Shown here: positions 37,701 to 50,940 of the stretch, in pieces | How positions within the stretch are numbered: the stretch's first letter is position 1 | Layout of the letters: each line of letters begins with the position of its first letter | Assembly (NCBI RefSeq): GCF_018350175.1 | Contig: NC_058368.1 | Coordinates: forward strand, 175,462,001-175,526,000 | Reading direction: 5' to 3' | Length of the DNA: 64,000 nt | Origin: Felis catus | Taxonomy: Eukaryota | The notes under the pieces: generated by a model | The model's input: only the letters and a program-made list of their open reading frames with translations | Database searches by the model: none | What the model was told of the DNA's origin: nothing | Program-made: the position numbers and the translations under genes

Positions 37701-39013
37701 TTATAGGAAGAGTAAGATAAACATACGTACCTTTGCACAGATTTACACAGTTACTTAGTTCAACAGTGCAAAACACTCTGCAACTACTTAACTTTTTTTT
37801 TTTTAACTTTTTTTTTTTCCGTTGTCTATGTTACAACTAAATTACAGGATACCCAAAGCAACTTTAAATCTAAAAGTAAGCCAATCGGCAGCCAATTTGT
37901 ATATTGGTCTTGTTTCCCAGTTTTGGCTACAACTGTACTGTTAACACAAAATCAAAACTGATGTCCTTGAGGTATCTCTAGATCCGTTCTGTTCTGTTTT
38001 GTTTTTTAACGTCAAAATGGAGAGCAAAGGCTGACACCTGATGAGTGTTTACTAAATTAGGATATAGAGTTTATATATAACATCAAAAATAAAATTTATA
38101 CATTTGTTCTTCGGGGGGGGGAGGAAATGCTAGTTTTCCCACCAGTTGTCATTAATTCTAGCTTTGGTAGGTTTCCTGGGGCCGTGACCAGACGAGGAAG
38201 TTTAAAAATAAATAAGTGCACTCCCCTCAGTAGTACATTTACCCAATTTTTACATTCTAAAGGTTTTTAAATGGTTGAAAAGAAAATAAACCTAGCTCTG
38301 CCTACTTTACTATTTTTTTTTTTTTTTCTGCTGTGGTAGTAACTCGGAGGCGTCATGAAATTCTACTCGGCCTCGAAACCCTTAACAATTTGTTCTAATG
38401 CTGCTTCGATCTTGCTCATGCATTTGTGTTTGCTTTAACATGCTCTTTCCTGTTAATAATTGTTAACTTCCTCCACTGCTGTAAATGAATAAAACGGTGG
38501 GGGGGGGGGAATGGCAAAAAAGAGAGGCAAAAGAGAAAGAAAGGAAAAGGCAAAAGCACTTCTCTGGGGGAAAAACTGTGTCAGGACAGACTGATAGTGT
38601 TACTGTTGCATGGTTAATTTTAATAAAAGTATTCTTATATGTTATATTATTAACAATAATTTAATTAAAAACCCAAAATACTCTATTGTTTCATTTCTCT
38701 TTTAATATTTCTCTTTCTCCTCTAAGAAAATGTCACAGGAAGTTTTGGATCCTCTTGGTCTCCAGCAAAGCAAGAGAATAAAACTTCCGTGCAACACGAT
38801 GGCAATATGAAAAAGGAGTTCGTACGTACTGTTTTCAGTGACACGAGAATCTACAAAACGCCTATATTATAGGTCATTCTTTTTGTTATGCTATTGTTAA
38901 GTTACGGGCTGCTACAAAAGGACATGCCAGCGTGAAGAGGTCGAGGAAGGGGTCAGAATTAACAGAAGAGTGCACTTATTCTGAGGCCTGAAAATGAGCA
39001 CTGTAGTTACCCT
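34790..39013 (-). other. CPEB4: CPEB4 3'UTR (~4.2 kb, AU-rich)
   Basis: AU-rich sequence with no recognisable interspersed repeat after the stop; many UUUUAU and AUUUA motifs; ends near AATAAA followed by U-rich sequence. The 3' end is approximate. Confidence 0.75.
34808..34813 (-). terminator. Probable distal polyadenylation signal AATAAA of CPEB4
   Basis: tttatt on the plus strand; followed on the minus strand by U-rich ctttctttttaatatacttatttattt; base composition changes beyond it. Confidence 0.65.
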
Positions 39014-39241
39014 TTAGTTCCAGCGGAATGAAATATGTCGCGGACGGTCACCGCCTTCCTTCACCAGGGGCTTGTGGAACTCCCTGCCAGCACGAGAATG
39101 AATAGCAGCCCAGCAATATTCACAGTAATACTGCAGACAGGTAACGTTAGCACAGAAAAATGGAGCAAATTTTCCACCACAACGGGCCCCCTGACATTCA
39201 TCACACAGCTGATCATCCAAGACATATGGCTTAACTTCCAC
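39014..39241 (-). CDS. CPEB4: CPEB4 terminal coding exon 10 (VEVKPY...ZZ-type zinc finger...HISFRWN*)
   Basis: ttgcag acceptor; Cys/His pattern CDEC...C...C...CEYCW...H...H; TAA at 39014-39016. Confidence 0.96.
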   Translation of the reverse strand: MEVKPYVLDDQLCDECQGARCGGKFAPFFCANVTCLQYYCEYCWAAIHSRAGREFHKPLVKEGGDRPRHISFRWN

Positions 39242-41739
39242 CTGCAATCGAAAATAAAAGGAAGGCGTTTACACTTTGCAGTGAATGGTCCAGGCACCTC
39301 TTACTGTGGTGCGTGCACTTCCAACCTCTGTCTGAATCAATCTGTGCCGGGGTGCCCCGAAACAAGGGTCAGTAGCTCTTTTCCTGAAATTAAGGCAGTC
39401 CAGTCCATCTTTAAGGACCTGGCGAGGCTTTTGTACTCATCATTTTACATTTCTGTCTTATTAAAGAAACACTTTGCAAAGGAAAAACAATTCCGCCAGA
39501 AATAAAAAAGGGAAGCCAACTGTTGAGAACATTACGAGATTAAACCCACAGGAGCATTTTTATAGACACAAACCATCGCTTTAATTAGTGGATCTGGATT
39601 TTTGTCATATGTGGAATTGTAATTTGGACAAAACCGACGAAGGGCTTCCCAGTTCCACAAAATAGCACTTCAATATTCACATCAGAGGGAAGATGCCTGA
39701 CTTCTGTGTCATAAGCGTCTAAGTTGTAATAAAGGCTGGGTCACGGTTTCTATTTACAGTGTGCACGTCGTGGGTTATAATCACTCAGACTCGGAACTCT
39801 GAGCAAACAAGACGCGGCCATAGTACTCAGTCTAAAACCTCGCCTTATTCTCTGTAAGAATGGTTTACTTCAGTCTAAAAGTCAGAGGTGAATTTCTAAA
39901 CCTGGGTCTGTTCCAGTGTTCAATAGGCCAACCTGTCATTTGAGTCTCTCAAGCATTAAAAATAACCTGGCTGTTAATTCACCAGTGAGAAAAGAGTTGG
40001 TTATTTTTAGTCGTAGAGAGACTCAGGGTTAAAATTCCCTTATGCCAGGCCATCACTACCACCGGTGCCATGCAGTTGTGACAAGGAATCCTGACAAAGG
40101 TTAGCCATGAACAAAAGAAGACGAGTGACAGGAAGACGGGAAGAGCAGACAAACCAGAGCATTAGCCTTCTGGCCCCGAGGCCACTCCGTGACATCTATG
40201 GAGCTGCGAGAACGCTGGTCAAAGGGCTTGATTGCAGAGGAATACAAATGAAGTGTGCATTTCCAACGGCCAACCTTACACCTCTGACACCTTTGCCGGG
40301 ATGAAGCGGCGAGACAGGAGACACTGCTTGGTCGGACGCAGCTATTTTTTCAGTGAACTAAAAGCATGTGGGCTTGTTCACTTACACTGCAACGTGTCTT
40401 GCCCTCTCCCTCCGTGTTTATGTTAGAATCTAGACCTTTCTTTTCATACAGTCACAGCATGACGGCCACTATTAACCTTGTATTTCATACTGACACTGTA
40501 GCAGCGTATACATGAAATGAAACATAAGCAGTAAGTGTCAACCACCATCGCCTTGATAGTTTCTACATAATGAATTGAGAACAGCACGAGACAATCAATC
40601 AGGAAGGACTTTTTGGAGCACAGCGCCTCAGAGTGTTGATCTCTAAGTCAGTCCTAATGAAAGTGCCAGTCTCCCACGAAATAAGGAGCTAACACCAGAA
40701 TCTAAATCAACACACTGCTTCTTTCATCAGGAGGGTCTTTCTAGGGGGAGAAAAAAAACCCCAAAAAACCCCAAGTCGGCTGAACTAATCAACACCACGC
40801 TTCCTAATGTAGCGGATTCACAATCTGGTGTGATGGTGTAAACTCCTATCTCACCACAAGCCAGTAACCAGTTGCTTCTGGCAGTCAGCTCACAGGCCAC
40901 ACTTTGAGCAGTGTCAGTATAAGATACAGTTATATCTATCAGAACATCAACTCCTCAGGAGATGTTCCCCCAGAAGAACATCGACTACTTGTCCTAGGTG
41001 CTAAAACATCTGGTGAATGCATGAAACACAAAACTAAGAAATAAATCTGTGAATGCAAAGAAATAAGACGGATAACAGAGCACAGAGCTTCGAATACAGT
41101 AGCTTAGAAAACAGAGGAGAGCGCTCTCTCCGAGGTTTTCTCCAGCTTTTTAACTCAGAAGACAAACCAACAAAGAGGAATTTAAAGTACTGAAGATAAT
41201 GCTAGTTACTGCCTAATTTCAGGTGGTAGAATACACTAAAAATAAGAACATTACGATTTCTTTCACTTAATCTGTTTCAATGAAATATTTCTAACGCAGT
41301 CCTACAAGTGAATTTATTCAGTCATTTGTTACATAGCACACTGGAAAATAGGGCTTACTGAGATAGTCATGATGTCTCGGGATTAAAAAAAAAAAAAGGT
41401 CAGGGGATCTCAAGGGCATTGATGTTTGTACTTGATATAATGATATTTACTGAATGACTAACTGAATAAGTGAATGGATGGAGGTGATAGCTTAGGAGAT
41501 TAAATCAACCACAGTAAATTGATGCAGGGCTCTGATTAGGCTACTCAAGAAACTAAGAGACAGAAAAAATTCATAGGAACCCTTAGATGCATTAAAGAAT
41601 ACACACCTAACTGGTCCTACAGGCATAACTGTCAGCTGCCAATTTTATTGCCATATTAAAATTCCCCCATTCCAATCTTGGTAATGACACACCGAGAGGG
41701 CCATTTCCAGAACTTTCCAGAATGTAATCTAGGACTTAC

Positions 41740-41921
41740 CCGTTTATCTATCTCTCCATGCTGCAGCTGAACAAAGCGGGCACTGATAGCAGCTATGTAA
41801 CTCTGTTGATTAGAGAATGCGACTCGCCCAGCTCCTTTAGGGTATTTCAGCTCGGGGTCGGTATCAATCCCCGCATAGCACACACCTCCATACAGACGAT
41901 CCATTATCATGGCAAGCTCCA
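41740..41921 (-). CDS. CPEB4: CPEB4 exon 9 (182 nt; VELAMIMDRLYGGVCYAGIDTDPELKYPKGAGRVAF...HGEIDKR)
   Basis: atttag acceptor and gtaagt donor; RRM2 sequence. Confidence 0.96.
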
Positions 41922-43000
41922 CTAAATAAGAAAGGAACAAAGACGGCATTTGAAATCAGGAAAACCCATCTCGCTCACCAAAGGTTTCATCAAAAGCAGT
42001 TCATATGTATTCTGAGCTCACGTCCTTAAGATAATTATTAAATCAATCTTTAATCTTTTAAATAAGGGCAGGGGCTCTGCTGTTTTTTTTTTTTGTTGTT
42101 TTTTTTGTTGTTTTTTTTTTTACGTACGGTCTCTTTTAATCTTCACAACAACCCTATGAAGTAGGTAGTGATTTCCTGGGGAAATTGAGCCACTGAATGG
42201 ACGCTCAATCTGTCCAAGGTCACAGATGGTTAAGTGATAGTGCTGGGCCAGTCATCTTGGTCTGTCCGCTCTCTACCATGTTGCCACCATGGCTTTACAG
42301 GTAATAATGTATTGCTTAATATAAATAATCAGGTGAATGCTAGCAAATTGATTGTATGAAGGTCGTTCTAGAATATCTCCATGAAAGCCTTGTTACCTTT
42401 CCCTACAGTCTAGTTTTCCACCAATTTTTTATATAAAAACTTGAAATAATGAACGTATTGTGTTCTCTATGAGATGTCTAAATTTTGAAATTGCATTCTC
42501 GTTCGTTTTTATCTTATCTCATTTATACTATTAAACCTCAAATTACTTGAAGTCAGGGACGAAATTTCTCCTGTAGGTCCTACTTTTAAAGACATGGTGC
42601 ACTGCTGAAAACCCTCCCATGTTTCAGAGCTCAGTAAAAGCCGGTGGGCAACTGGGGGCTTGGGAAACAAACCCTGAACATCTCGACATCTAGTCTACTC
42701 TTGAAGGGCTCTTCCAGATGATGACAAGAGTGATGCTCACTAACACCACACGGAGCCCTTGGCCCTGCTCATCACACTCAATCCTCAAAACTATCAAAAC
42801 TCCATACGAAGCAGATACACTTATTACTCCTTTGGACTGATGAGGACCTTGAAAATTAGAGAAAATAACTTGTCCAACGTCACTCAACTATTAACTGGGA
42901 GCAGGGCACATGAATTCAAAGCCAGATACTTTGATTCTAGGATTCTCTTGGACATTCACTCAAATGCTTACGGAGAATTTTTCCTAAGATATCTTTATAA

Positions 43001-43224
43001 GGGGAGCGCCTGGGTGGCTCAGTGAGTTGAGCGGCGGCCTTCTGATTTCAGCTCAGGTCATGATCTCACCATTCACGAGTTAGAGCCCTGCATCAGGCTC
43101 TGTGCTGACCACGCGGAGCCTGCTTGGGATTCTGTCTCCCTTTCTCTCTGCCCCACCCTCGCATGCATGCTCACTCTCACTCTCTCAAAAATAAATAAAC
43201 ATTAAAAAACAAAAAAAACAAAAA
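43001..43224 (+). mobile_element. Can-SINE in CPEB4 intron 8
   Basis: SINE head and tail; ctttataagg duplication. Confidence 0.88.
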
Positions 43225-43286
43225 CTTTATAAGGTTATTTCTTATGCTAAAGAATAAAGGGGGTATTTTTGTTTGTCTAATCATAC

Positions 43287-43401
43287 CAGCTCGTAATGGT
43301 CGAGGAACACCACCAACAAATATAGTTTTTCGTGGATCAAGAGGCTGTGAACCATCCATCACAAAGTCACTGTCACTGAGATTCCAAGGCCGAATCTGCA
43401 C
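43287..43401 (-). CDS. CPEB4: CPEB4 exon 8 (115 nt; VQIRPWNLSDSDFVMDGSQPLDPRKTIFVGGVPRPLRA)
   Basis: ccctag acceptor and gtatga donor; RRM1-RRM2 linker and RRM2 RNP2. Confidence 0.96.
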
Positions 43402-43808
43402 CTAGGGAACAGACAAACCATAATGTCTCATTCTTAACGCTGACAATTTATGGAGAAATAAGTTTAAAATTACTGCAGAGTATCTGAAGAGCAACAATAA
43501 TCCACATCATTATAGATCAATAAGGCTGTAAAATTAGAAGACTTACAAACAGCATAGCCCAACCCTTCATTACATTTTTAAGAGTAAACCAAGTGATTTT
43601 TTTAAGTGAACCAATGTTAAGTGAACCAAGTGAACCAAGATGGAAAGTTCAGTTTCATTACCTATTATCAACTTAAATCACTAATACTTCAATTATCAGT
43701 AATTAGCTGTTTTTCACATTATTTGGGCTTCCATCCCACCCGATCCCCCCAAATCTACATAATGTAAGTTAGCATGGTATTTGAGGTTAATCAGACTACA
43801 GTGCTAAT

Positions 43809-43976
43809 GGGGCGCCTGGGTGGCTCAATCGGTTGAGCGTCTGACTTCGGCTCAGGTCATGATCTCACGATCTGTGAGTTTGAACCCCGCGTCGGGATCT
43901 GTGCTGACAGCTCAGAGCCTGGAGCCTGCTTCGGATTCCGTGTCTCCCTCTCTGTCTCTGCCCCTCCCCTGCTCAT

Positions 43977-44014
<38 letters not shown>

Positions 44015-44058
44015 AAAAAGAAATAACATTAAAAAGAAAAAAAAATTAAAAAAAAAAA
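43809..44058 (+). mobile_element. Can-SINE in CPEB4 intron 7
   Basis: TSD cagtgctaat. Confidence 0.92.
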
Positions 44059-44646
44059 TGCAGTGCTAATAAGTAAACTATGATTGTGTGCCCAATCCTA
44101 CAAATGCAAACTATTCCTAATACTAACAAACCTGTTGCATTATTTCAAAAAGCATTGCAAAGTAAAAACATTAATATTTGCACATAGCAATGGGTCCACT
44201 GCTTCAGCCAACCAAGAATCATGTATCTCATCCTAATTGTTTGCATTTATTTATTGTTACAAATGCCCATACCAAAGGCTATGGGTAGGTTCATAGTGGG
44301 GTATTCCCAATATGCCCATCAACAAAGTCCTAGGCCAGAGGTCCAAATTCAAATACTGTGAAGACTATGGGGGAACATAAACAAGTCAAGTATAAAGAGT
44401 CTAGGCCATGGGAACTCTGGGAAGAGTGTTCCCGACCTAGACAACCCCGAGGGAAGCTCCACTAATTACTGCTTGAGCAGTATGAACCCACAGGCACCTC
44501 CATTCTGAACTGCACCCCATTACTAGATCAACCTGAGTGATAATCAGTTGTTGATTTGCCAGATTTGTCAAAACAGGACAGTTGCTACTATTCTTAAAGA
44601 CCAAATTTTTTGATAAAAAAATTTTTTTTTTCAAAAAGAAAAAACC

Positions 44647-44880
44647 AGGGGCGCCTGGGTGGCTCAGTCGGTTAAGCATCCGACTTCGTCTCAGGTCGTG
44701 ATCTCACAGTTTGTTGAGTTCGAGCCCCACGTCGGGCTCTGTGCGGGCAGCTCAAAGCCTGGAGCCTGCTTCAGATTCTGTGTCTCCTCTCTCTCTGCCC
44801 CTCCCCTGCTTGTGCTCTGACTCTCTCTGTCTCTCAAAAATAAATAAATGTTAAAAAAAAATTAAAACAGAAGAAAAAAG
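44647..44880 (+). mobile_element. Can-SINE in CPEB4 intron 7
   Basis: SINE consensus. Confidence 0.9.
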
Positions 44881-45297
44881 CCATGTACCTTTCTCTATAT
44901 ACATAATTCATTTTACTTTGGGAGAACACCTTGTGCAAAAAGTTAAGGACATTTATTGGGTAAAATTTTGATCAAAGAGAAGAAGGAGACAGACAAATAC
45001 GTATTTGTGATTTTTGAGTTCTATTACTCAGAGGAAATTCAGCTACTTTATCAAACGTATTATCGAGTAAAGTCTTTCAAAGGTAAGGATTTACCAATAT
45101 TTTAATTAACCAAGAAATTCAATGTCAAAAGAATGTGCACGAGTAATACAGAATGTCAATGTTAGGAGGTTGACAGCAACAACATTCTACTTACAAACTT
45201 ATCCATTAACAAACACATCAAGGTGTCTGTGGGTTTTCAAACCAAGCAGAGATGGAGGCAAAAACAAGAAGCTATTTTCATGTTAGACAACACTCAC

Positions 45298-45416
45298 TGG
45301 CTTATCTTTGATAGTGGGACTGGACACACACAGGTAGAGCTTTCCATCTTCTTCAATACATGCATCAATCAGAGCCTGAACAGAGCTTTCATCTTGAAAA
45401 AGCAGGAATGCATAGC
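45298..45416 (-). CDS. CPEB4: CPEB4 exon 7 (119 nt; GYAFLLFQDESSVQALIDACIEEDGKLYLCVSSPTIKDKP)
   Basis: ttttcag acceptor and gtgagt donor; RNP1 motif KGYAFLLF spans the exon 6/7 junction. Not present in the ORF track. Confidence 0.96.
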
Positions 45417-45796
45417 CTGAAAAAAAGGGGAAAAGAGGCTTATTTGTTTCCCTTCTTTTTTTTTTAAATATAATTCTTCAACAGAAAGGGAGTATAAACT
45501 GAAACTAAGGAAGAGAAAAAGAGTAAAAAAAAAAAAAAATTAATAAACTTAAATATTCCTACCTGAAGTCTGATAGTATCAACATTAACGTTCAGTTTGA
45601 GATCTTGAAACGTATTTTGGAGTAAAATGAAATTTGAATAGAGAGTACACACTAGGTAGAAGTTTTAAAGATGTATTTGGGAAAATGTAAGTTTAACAGT
45701 GGAAAATTTTATAGCAAAGATGAACATTTGTGAAAAGGCTAAACATTAAACAATGTAAGGGTACACTGCACATGTATATTAAATTTGGAGAATTAC

Positions 45797-45886
45797 CTTT
45801 AGGAGGAAAATAGGATTTGCTCTCTGCTTTATGAGGCCAATCCACAATCAAAGGGCCAAAGCGACGAAAACTAGCTGTGATCTCAT
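45797..45886 (-). CDS. CPEB4: CPEB4 exon 6 (90 nt; DEITASFRRFGPLIVDWPHKAESKSYFPPK)
   Basis: tttag acceptor and gtaatt donor; CPEB2-4 RRM1 sequence. Confidence 0.96.
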
Positions 45887-45934
45887 CTAAAGAACAACAA
45901 AGCAAAACAAAACAGTAAATTTAAATAGTTTTGT

Positions 45935-46500
45935 AATCATTTTGGGGAAGTAGTTTAGAAAAAAGTTTCAAATCTATTTACAAGAACAGTACAAAGAACT
46001 CCTACACCTCCTTCATCTAGATTCCCCAACTGTTAGTATTTTACACATTTCTTGCCCTTCTTTCTACCTGTATGTATGCATGAAATCAACCTATCTATCT
46101 ACCTACCTACTTACCTATCATTTTTTTTTCTGACATCGCGCTCTATAACCCCAAAATACAACGGCTGGCACCTGCTCAAAACAAGGCCATCTCCCCATCT
46201 ACCACCATGTAACCCTCCCAATCAGGAAATCGATATTCGTACACTATTACTACCCAATTCACAGACTCCACCCAAATTTCGACCTATCCCGGTAGTATCT
46301 CCTTTTCCCTTTCTGATCCAGAATCCTATCCAGGACACGTGATATATTTAGATGTCCTGTCCCTAGGGTATCCGTATTCTCCAGTCTTGGAACAGCTTCT
46401 CATTCTTTGCTATCTTTTATAGCTTTGGCAGTCTTAAAAGGATAGAGGCCATTCATTCTGGAGGATGACTCTCAGCCCGTACCATTTCCTCATGACCAGA
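45935..46500 (-). mobile_element. Ancient L1 3' relic (L1MC-like)
   Basis: caagaacagtacaaagaactcc...ttcatctagattccccaactgttagtattttac pattern; boundaries approximate. Confidence 0.55.
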
Positions 46501-49023
46501 CTCCTGAGTAGACTCTAGGAAAATAAATTTCCAAAGAAGTTCTGGAAACAGTAGGTAAGCGTGTATAGATAAGACCCAGGAGGAGAGCAGGTCAGAGGAA
46601 AAGAAGAGATGGGAGATGTGCTCAAATTCCAAGCTGGTAGAACTGTTTTTCTCTCCTCCAGATTGTGAAACAGCACAGTCTGCTCTCCTCTTGATGCCCG
46701 TTTCTGCAGTACCATTTAGCTCACGTAAGAGAGACTGGTAAATAGAGGAAGGAAATCAGTATAACCCAGAAGTTTTACTGGCTCACAAGTGATTTTTCCT
46801 GGGCACGGTGAGCTAGCATAGTGGGAGGAGAACTATAACCTTCCTCAGGAAAAGAAAAAGCCCCTAGCTTGTCGGATATGCTGGCAGGAGCCGTCCCTCT
46901 CTCTTGTAAGAAAATTACAAATGAGCACAGCGACCAGGGCTCTCTCGCTGGAGAGGTATACTCTCAACCTCGCAGGGCTCTTTTCTCTGGAGTGTTTGCA
47001 CCTTCTCGGGTGCCGAGGTCCAGTTACATCTGCACTGCCTCCAAGCTTGCAAGCCAGCGTTTCTGCTCTAGTGGTTTTGTGCATTTTCAGTATTCCTTGA
47101 GGTAACCTCCAACCATGCTGACCTACTTGCCTACATTGTCCAAGTTATCTCCGGACATTACTTTCCTTTTTGCTGGTGCTTCCGAATGAACTTTGGGTAC
47201 AAAGTTCAATAGGTTCGAAATTAGCTGCTTCTAACCCTATTTCCCCAGAAACCCTATAATTGTTGAGGTACCATTCCACATAGCACAATATTCTCCAGGA
47301 CCGCATATTTCATGTTATAGAAATAACTTATCAATATGCTTGGTCTTAAGGATAATGCAAGATGACTACCATAATTCCCATTAATTTGGCTCAGTTTAAA
47401 CCATCTCCTTTGCCAGGTTAGTTATATTTACCTGTGCTTCTAAGAGTTTTAGAAACTGCACATTTAAGATGGCTCAGTAATTTTCCAAAAAAATACAGAC
47501 TATCTAGGCCAGGGAGGAGTTTATCCCAGGCAAGGTCAGGTAAAATTCAGTCGTCTCTCTCTTTTTGTATGTAAGCATGTAATTCACTCATTAAACACCA
47601 TCTGGGCTATAAAGACTTTAAAAGGTTAAAACACAAAACAAAACAAAAAACCACCTAGAATCTACGGTACTAGGGAAAATGAGGATTCCAGGCAGAGAAA
47701 AGAGAAGGCTGCACTTCGGAGCTTACTTAGAGAGGCCAATTTTGTGACCACGTGGTGAGCCCAAGATGAACACCTTGGAAAGCTGTGCCCTCTGAGGACA
47801 GGATGGAGACTGATTCAGTCTCACCTGAAATCCCAACACAGCTTCATAGATTAAACAAAACAAACGAAACAAAAGAGAACTGTGTTTATTTCAGTCTTTG
47901 GCTTTTTGAAACCTTTTTGCCTCAACCTTCCAAAAGATTGATCATCTTCAGGAAAATGAAGTGACTCAATACATTTAATCTCAGCCTAATGGGAAGCCAT
48001 TAAACCTTATTATTAGACTTTACAGATTTTTAGAGAAAACTATTCTCCGTAACATTAATTGGTTTATTTCCATTTCCAATTTGGGAAACCAAAAGAGATT
48101 AGGACAAACAACGCCACCACCACCACCAAGGATATATGGTTGCTCTATGGTCTGCACCTTGGGTCTTTACTAGGTCATTTAGACCCACAGAGGAATAAAA
48201 TATTACTGGACAATTAGTCCTCTAAATCTCTGCATGGCTGGCTCCTAATTCAGGTCTCAGCTCAAATATCACTTCCCTAAAGAGGATTTCCTTAACCACC
48301 TAATCTAAGAAGATATCACCGTATCACAAAATAGCCCAGTATCACACTATTTTCTTTTCAACACTTACTCTCTGATGTTTTCTTACATGGTTGCACACTA
48401 TTTTATCTGCCTTTCTCCACTAGAACTGAAACTCTATGCAAACAAGGACTTTCTATCTTGGTTATGCTATAAACAAGCCTAAGAACAGTGCATGGCATTT
48501 TAAAAGCCTGTAAATATTTGACAAGTGAAAAAATACTCCTTGAATGATAAAACCCTGAAGATTCCCTTTCTTGCGGTCCTCCTTCAGGCTTTATTTTTCA
48601 AAAGCTCACACTTAATCTAAGATTTTAAATGTTCAATTAACCACATTTTTGGGGCACTCATAAAAGGTAGGAAACAAATAGGAAAACACATAGTGGAATT
48701 TGGCCAAGGCAGCCCGCACGGACGAAAACGCAGCAAGCACTGTTTGCCCACACAGACTCCTTGAGCCGGTTTTCCAATGTTTACTCTTTTTCATCTAGCA
48801 CAATCACTTGCTTCAGCTGGTTGCCAAAGTCCTGTTCCCCTTCCTCCGTAAACTACTCTCACTTGCCAGGATAGAGAGATAGAACAAAAGAATCATCCAA
48901 ATCAAAACGGAATACCTGGAGTCAGACAAGATTGTTAGTATCATAACAGCCACCACCATCTATGAGTTACCTACTATGTGCCACAGTAGGCACCGTGCAG
49001 TTAACCGTTCTTTGTAAATATAC

Positions 49024-49197
49024 CTTCATCGATGTCAGGAGGTAATCCGCCCACGAACACCTTGCGAGAGTATCGTTCCACTCTCTCTCCATTCTGGTGA
49101 GTGAAGCAGTGAGGTGAACCCAGGCCACTATGAAGAGGTTGATCCCCACGGCCATCATCCAAGAATCCATCTTCCATTGGAAACAGTGAAGACTGAC
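49024..49197 (-). CDS. CPEB4: CPEB4 exon 5 (174 nt; GQSSLFPMEDGFLDD...YSRKVFVGGLPPDIDE, start of RRM1)
   Basis: ttccag acceptor and gtatat donor; RNP2 motif KVFVGGLP; phase consistent with neighbouring exons. Confidence 0.96.
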
Positions 49198-50916
49198 CTG
49201 GAATAGAAAGCAGGAAAAAAAGAAAATGCTAACAGCAAATGTTCCTTGCCACCGATTACCTTACCCAAGAAACCAGGAAAAGGGCAGATTCAACAAAACT
49301 GCTGCTTTTATTTTTCTCACTAGATAACAAATCGCTTAGGTAGGCTCTTGAATTCCCATCGCTTTCAAGTCTCAATGGAGTCAGAGAGAAAAGCACACGG
49401 TTAAACAGAAGACTGCTCAACTAGCCCCCTGGGATCCAGAAACTTCAGGGAGGTGAACTAGAAGTATAGTAGGAGGGAGCACTCTCTTTTGGAAGCAGCT
49501 GGCAGTAGACAGCACTGCCTTGGCAGGGCCCCAATGGTCACGGGCAACCTAGACATGTATACCAAGTATTAAGTTGGACTAGCAGATGCTAGATCACTTG
49601 AATTTTTCAAAAACACAGAATGACGTAGCCTGTATGACCTCCTCTAAGACTGTCCTTAAAATGCACAAGTCCATTCTTAAAGTGAGCACTCACCTTAGTT
49701 TACCTGAGTGGGTTCTAATCGAAACCCATTTAATGCTGCTCTCCAACCTCACTGTCTAGTCTTACAGAATTTAAGATTCTTAGGCATGCTAACGATCTAT
49801 TTTCTTTCAGTTTGAGTAAGGACCAGTTGCCACCGGTGCCAGCTAATTCTAAAAACTAGGCATTACGTGTGCGGTTTGAAAATCCTATGATACAGAAAAT
49901 ATAAGCGGAAGAGACCAGAGACGCCCAAGCGGTTCACATTATTCCCCTGTGTACTTGACCGCAAAATATGAACGTTGCAAATCATAAGCGAAAACACAGA
50001 GCTACAAATAACTGTAGAATCTCGAGCGCTGTTTTGGGACTTTCCGGGCTGCCAACTTCCTTGCAGGTACTACCTGAGGAGTTTGTTCACAGATCCTACA
50101 GAAATGTAGCGGTCAGTGCTCTTCCTCCACTGAAACATTCCGATGTCCCTTTGTTGCCACACTTGCCTTCCTCTCGACCTTCCTGACTGAACGCAAATAA
50201 TAACAGTGTACTCGCTATGAATTTATCCCATAAAACTATAGCTCAAGGGCTATGTAATGAAGATAAAAAATGACTTTGGAGGTTATTTCCTATATGGGCT
50301 TTAAAAGTCACTTCCATTTCAGAGTTGAGCTATCTGACTATCCACCTTGCTTGTAAAAAGGCAGAGCTATCACAGGCGTCAAAAATAAGGTTTATTCAGG
50401 TACCTCTAGGAAATGGTTCTTTTAAATTCTCTAAAATTTCTCGAGTTTTTTCCTCCAGTGTTGGAAATGTATAGGATTTGTCATTTGTGTAGCTAATCTC
50501 ATTCAGTATTATGCTGAAATTAGTAGAGAAAAGTAGACATAAGGTATTCAAGTATAACAGAGCTTCCAATATGATCAGGTACTTTGAGACTAGTCACCCC
50601 ATATTTTCCTTTTTAAAGATCCTTAAGGTTCTTCTCCTAAGAAATTCCTTTCAGCAGGGAAAAAAGCAAAATAAATCTTCTGATACAAAGAAGTTGAGTT
50701 TATAATTCGGGGACATTATTGATTCAAATCCAAATCCTACCATGCTGACTCCTTCAAATTAGAAAGTCTATAATGTTGACTATGACACATAATGTACGGA
50801 TCAAAGCTACGGTGCGTTCCCCCGCCCCCCTTCCCCACAAGGGTTAGAAATTGAGTGAACTTGGGTCCTCTCCAAATACAACTGGTACATTCAAAAGTTA
50901 GAAACAATAATGTTAC

Positions 50917-50940
50917 CTCTCCTTCGCCCATATGTCCTTG
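50917..50940 (-). CDS. CPEB4: CPEB4 microexon 4 (24 nt, ARTYGRRR)
   Basis: Minus strand reads ttttttttctcatttgacatgcag|CAAGGACATATGGGCGAAGGAGAG|gtaaca. Phase 1-1; encodes the known 8-aa neuronal insert. Confidence 0.95.

Noticed and set aside
39035..39505. 156-aa plus-strand ORF antisense to the last CPEB4 exon
   Set aside because: Shadow of the coding exon; no recognisable domain or splice support.
43585..43640. Short repeated words (gtgaaccaa here; similar cases at about 1177-1206, 11295-11345 and 61354-61381) as a CRISPR-like or functional array
   Set aside because: Two to four short copies without unique regular spacers; ordinary slippage duplications in a eukaryotic genome.
50074..50138. 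ATG-initiated mini-exon MFQWRKSTDRYISVGSVNKLL with donor CAG|gtagta
   Set aside because: Weak donor and phase 2, so out of frame with exon 5.
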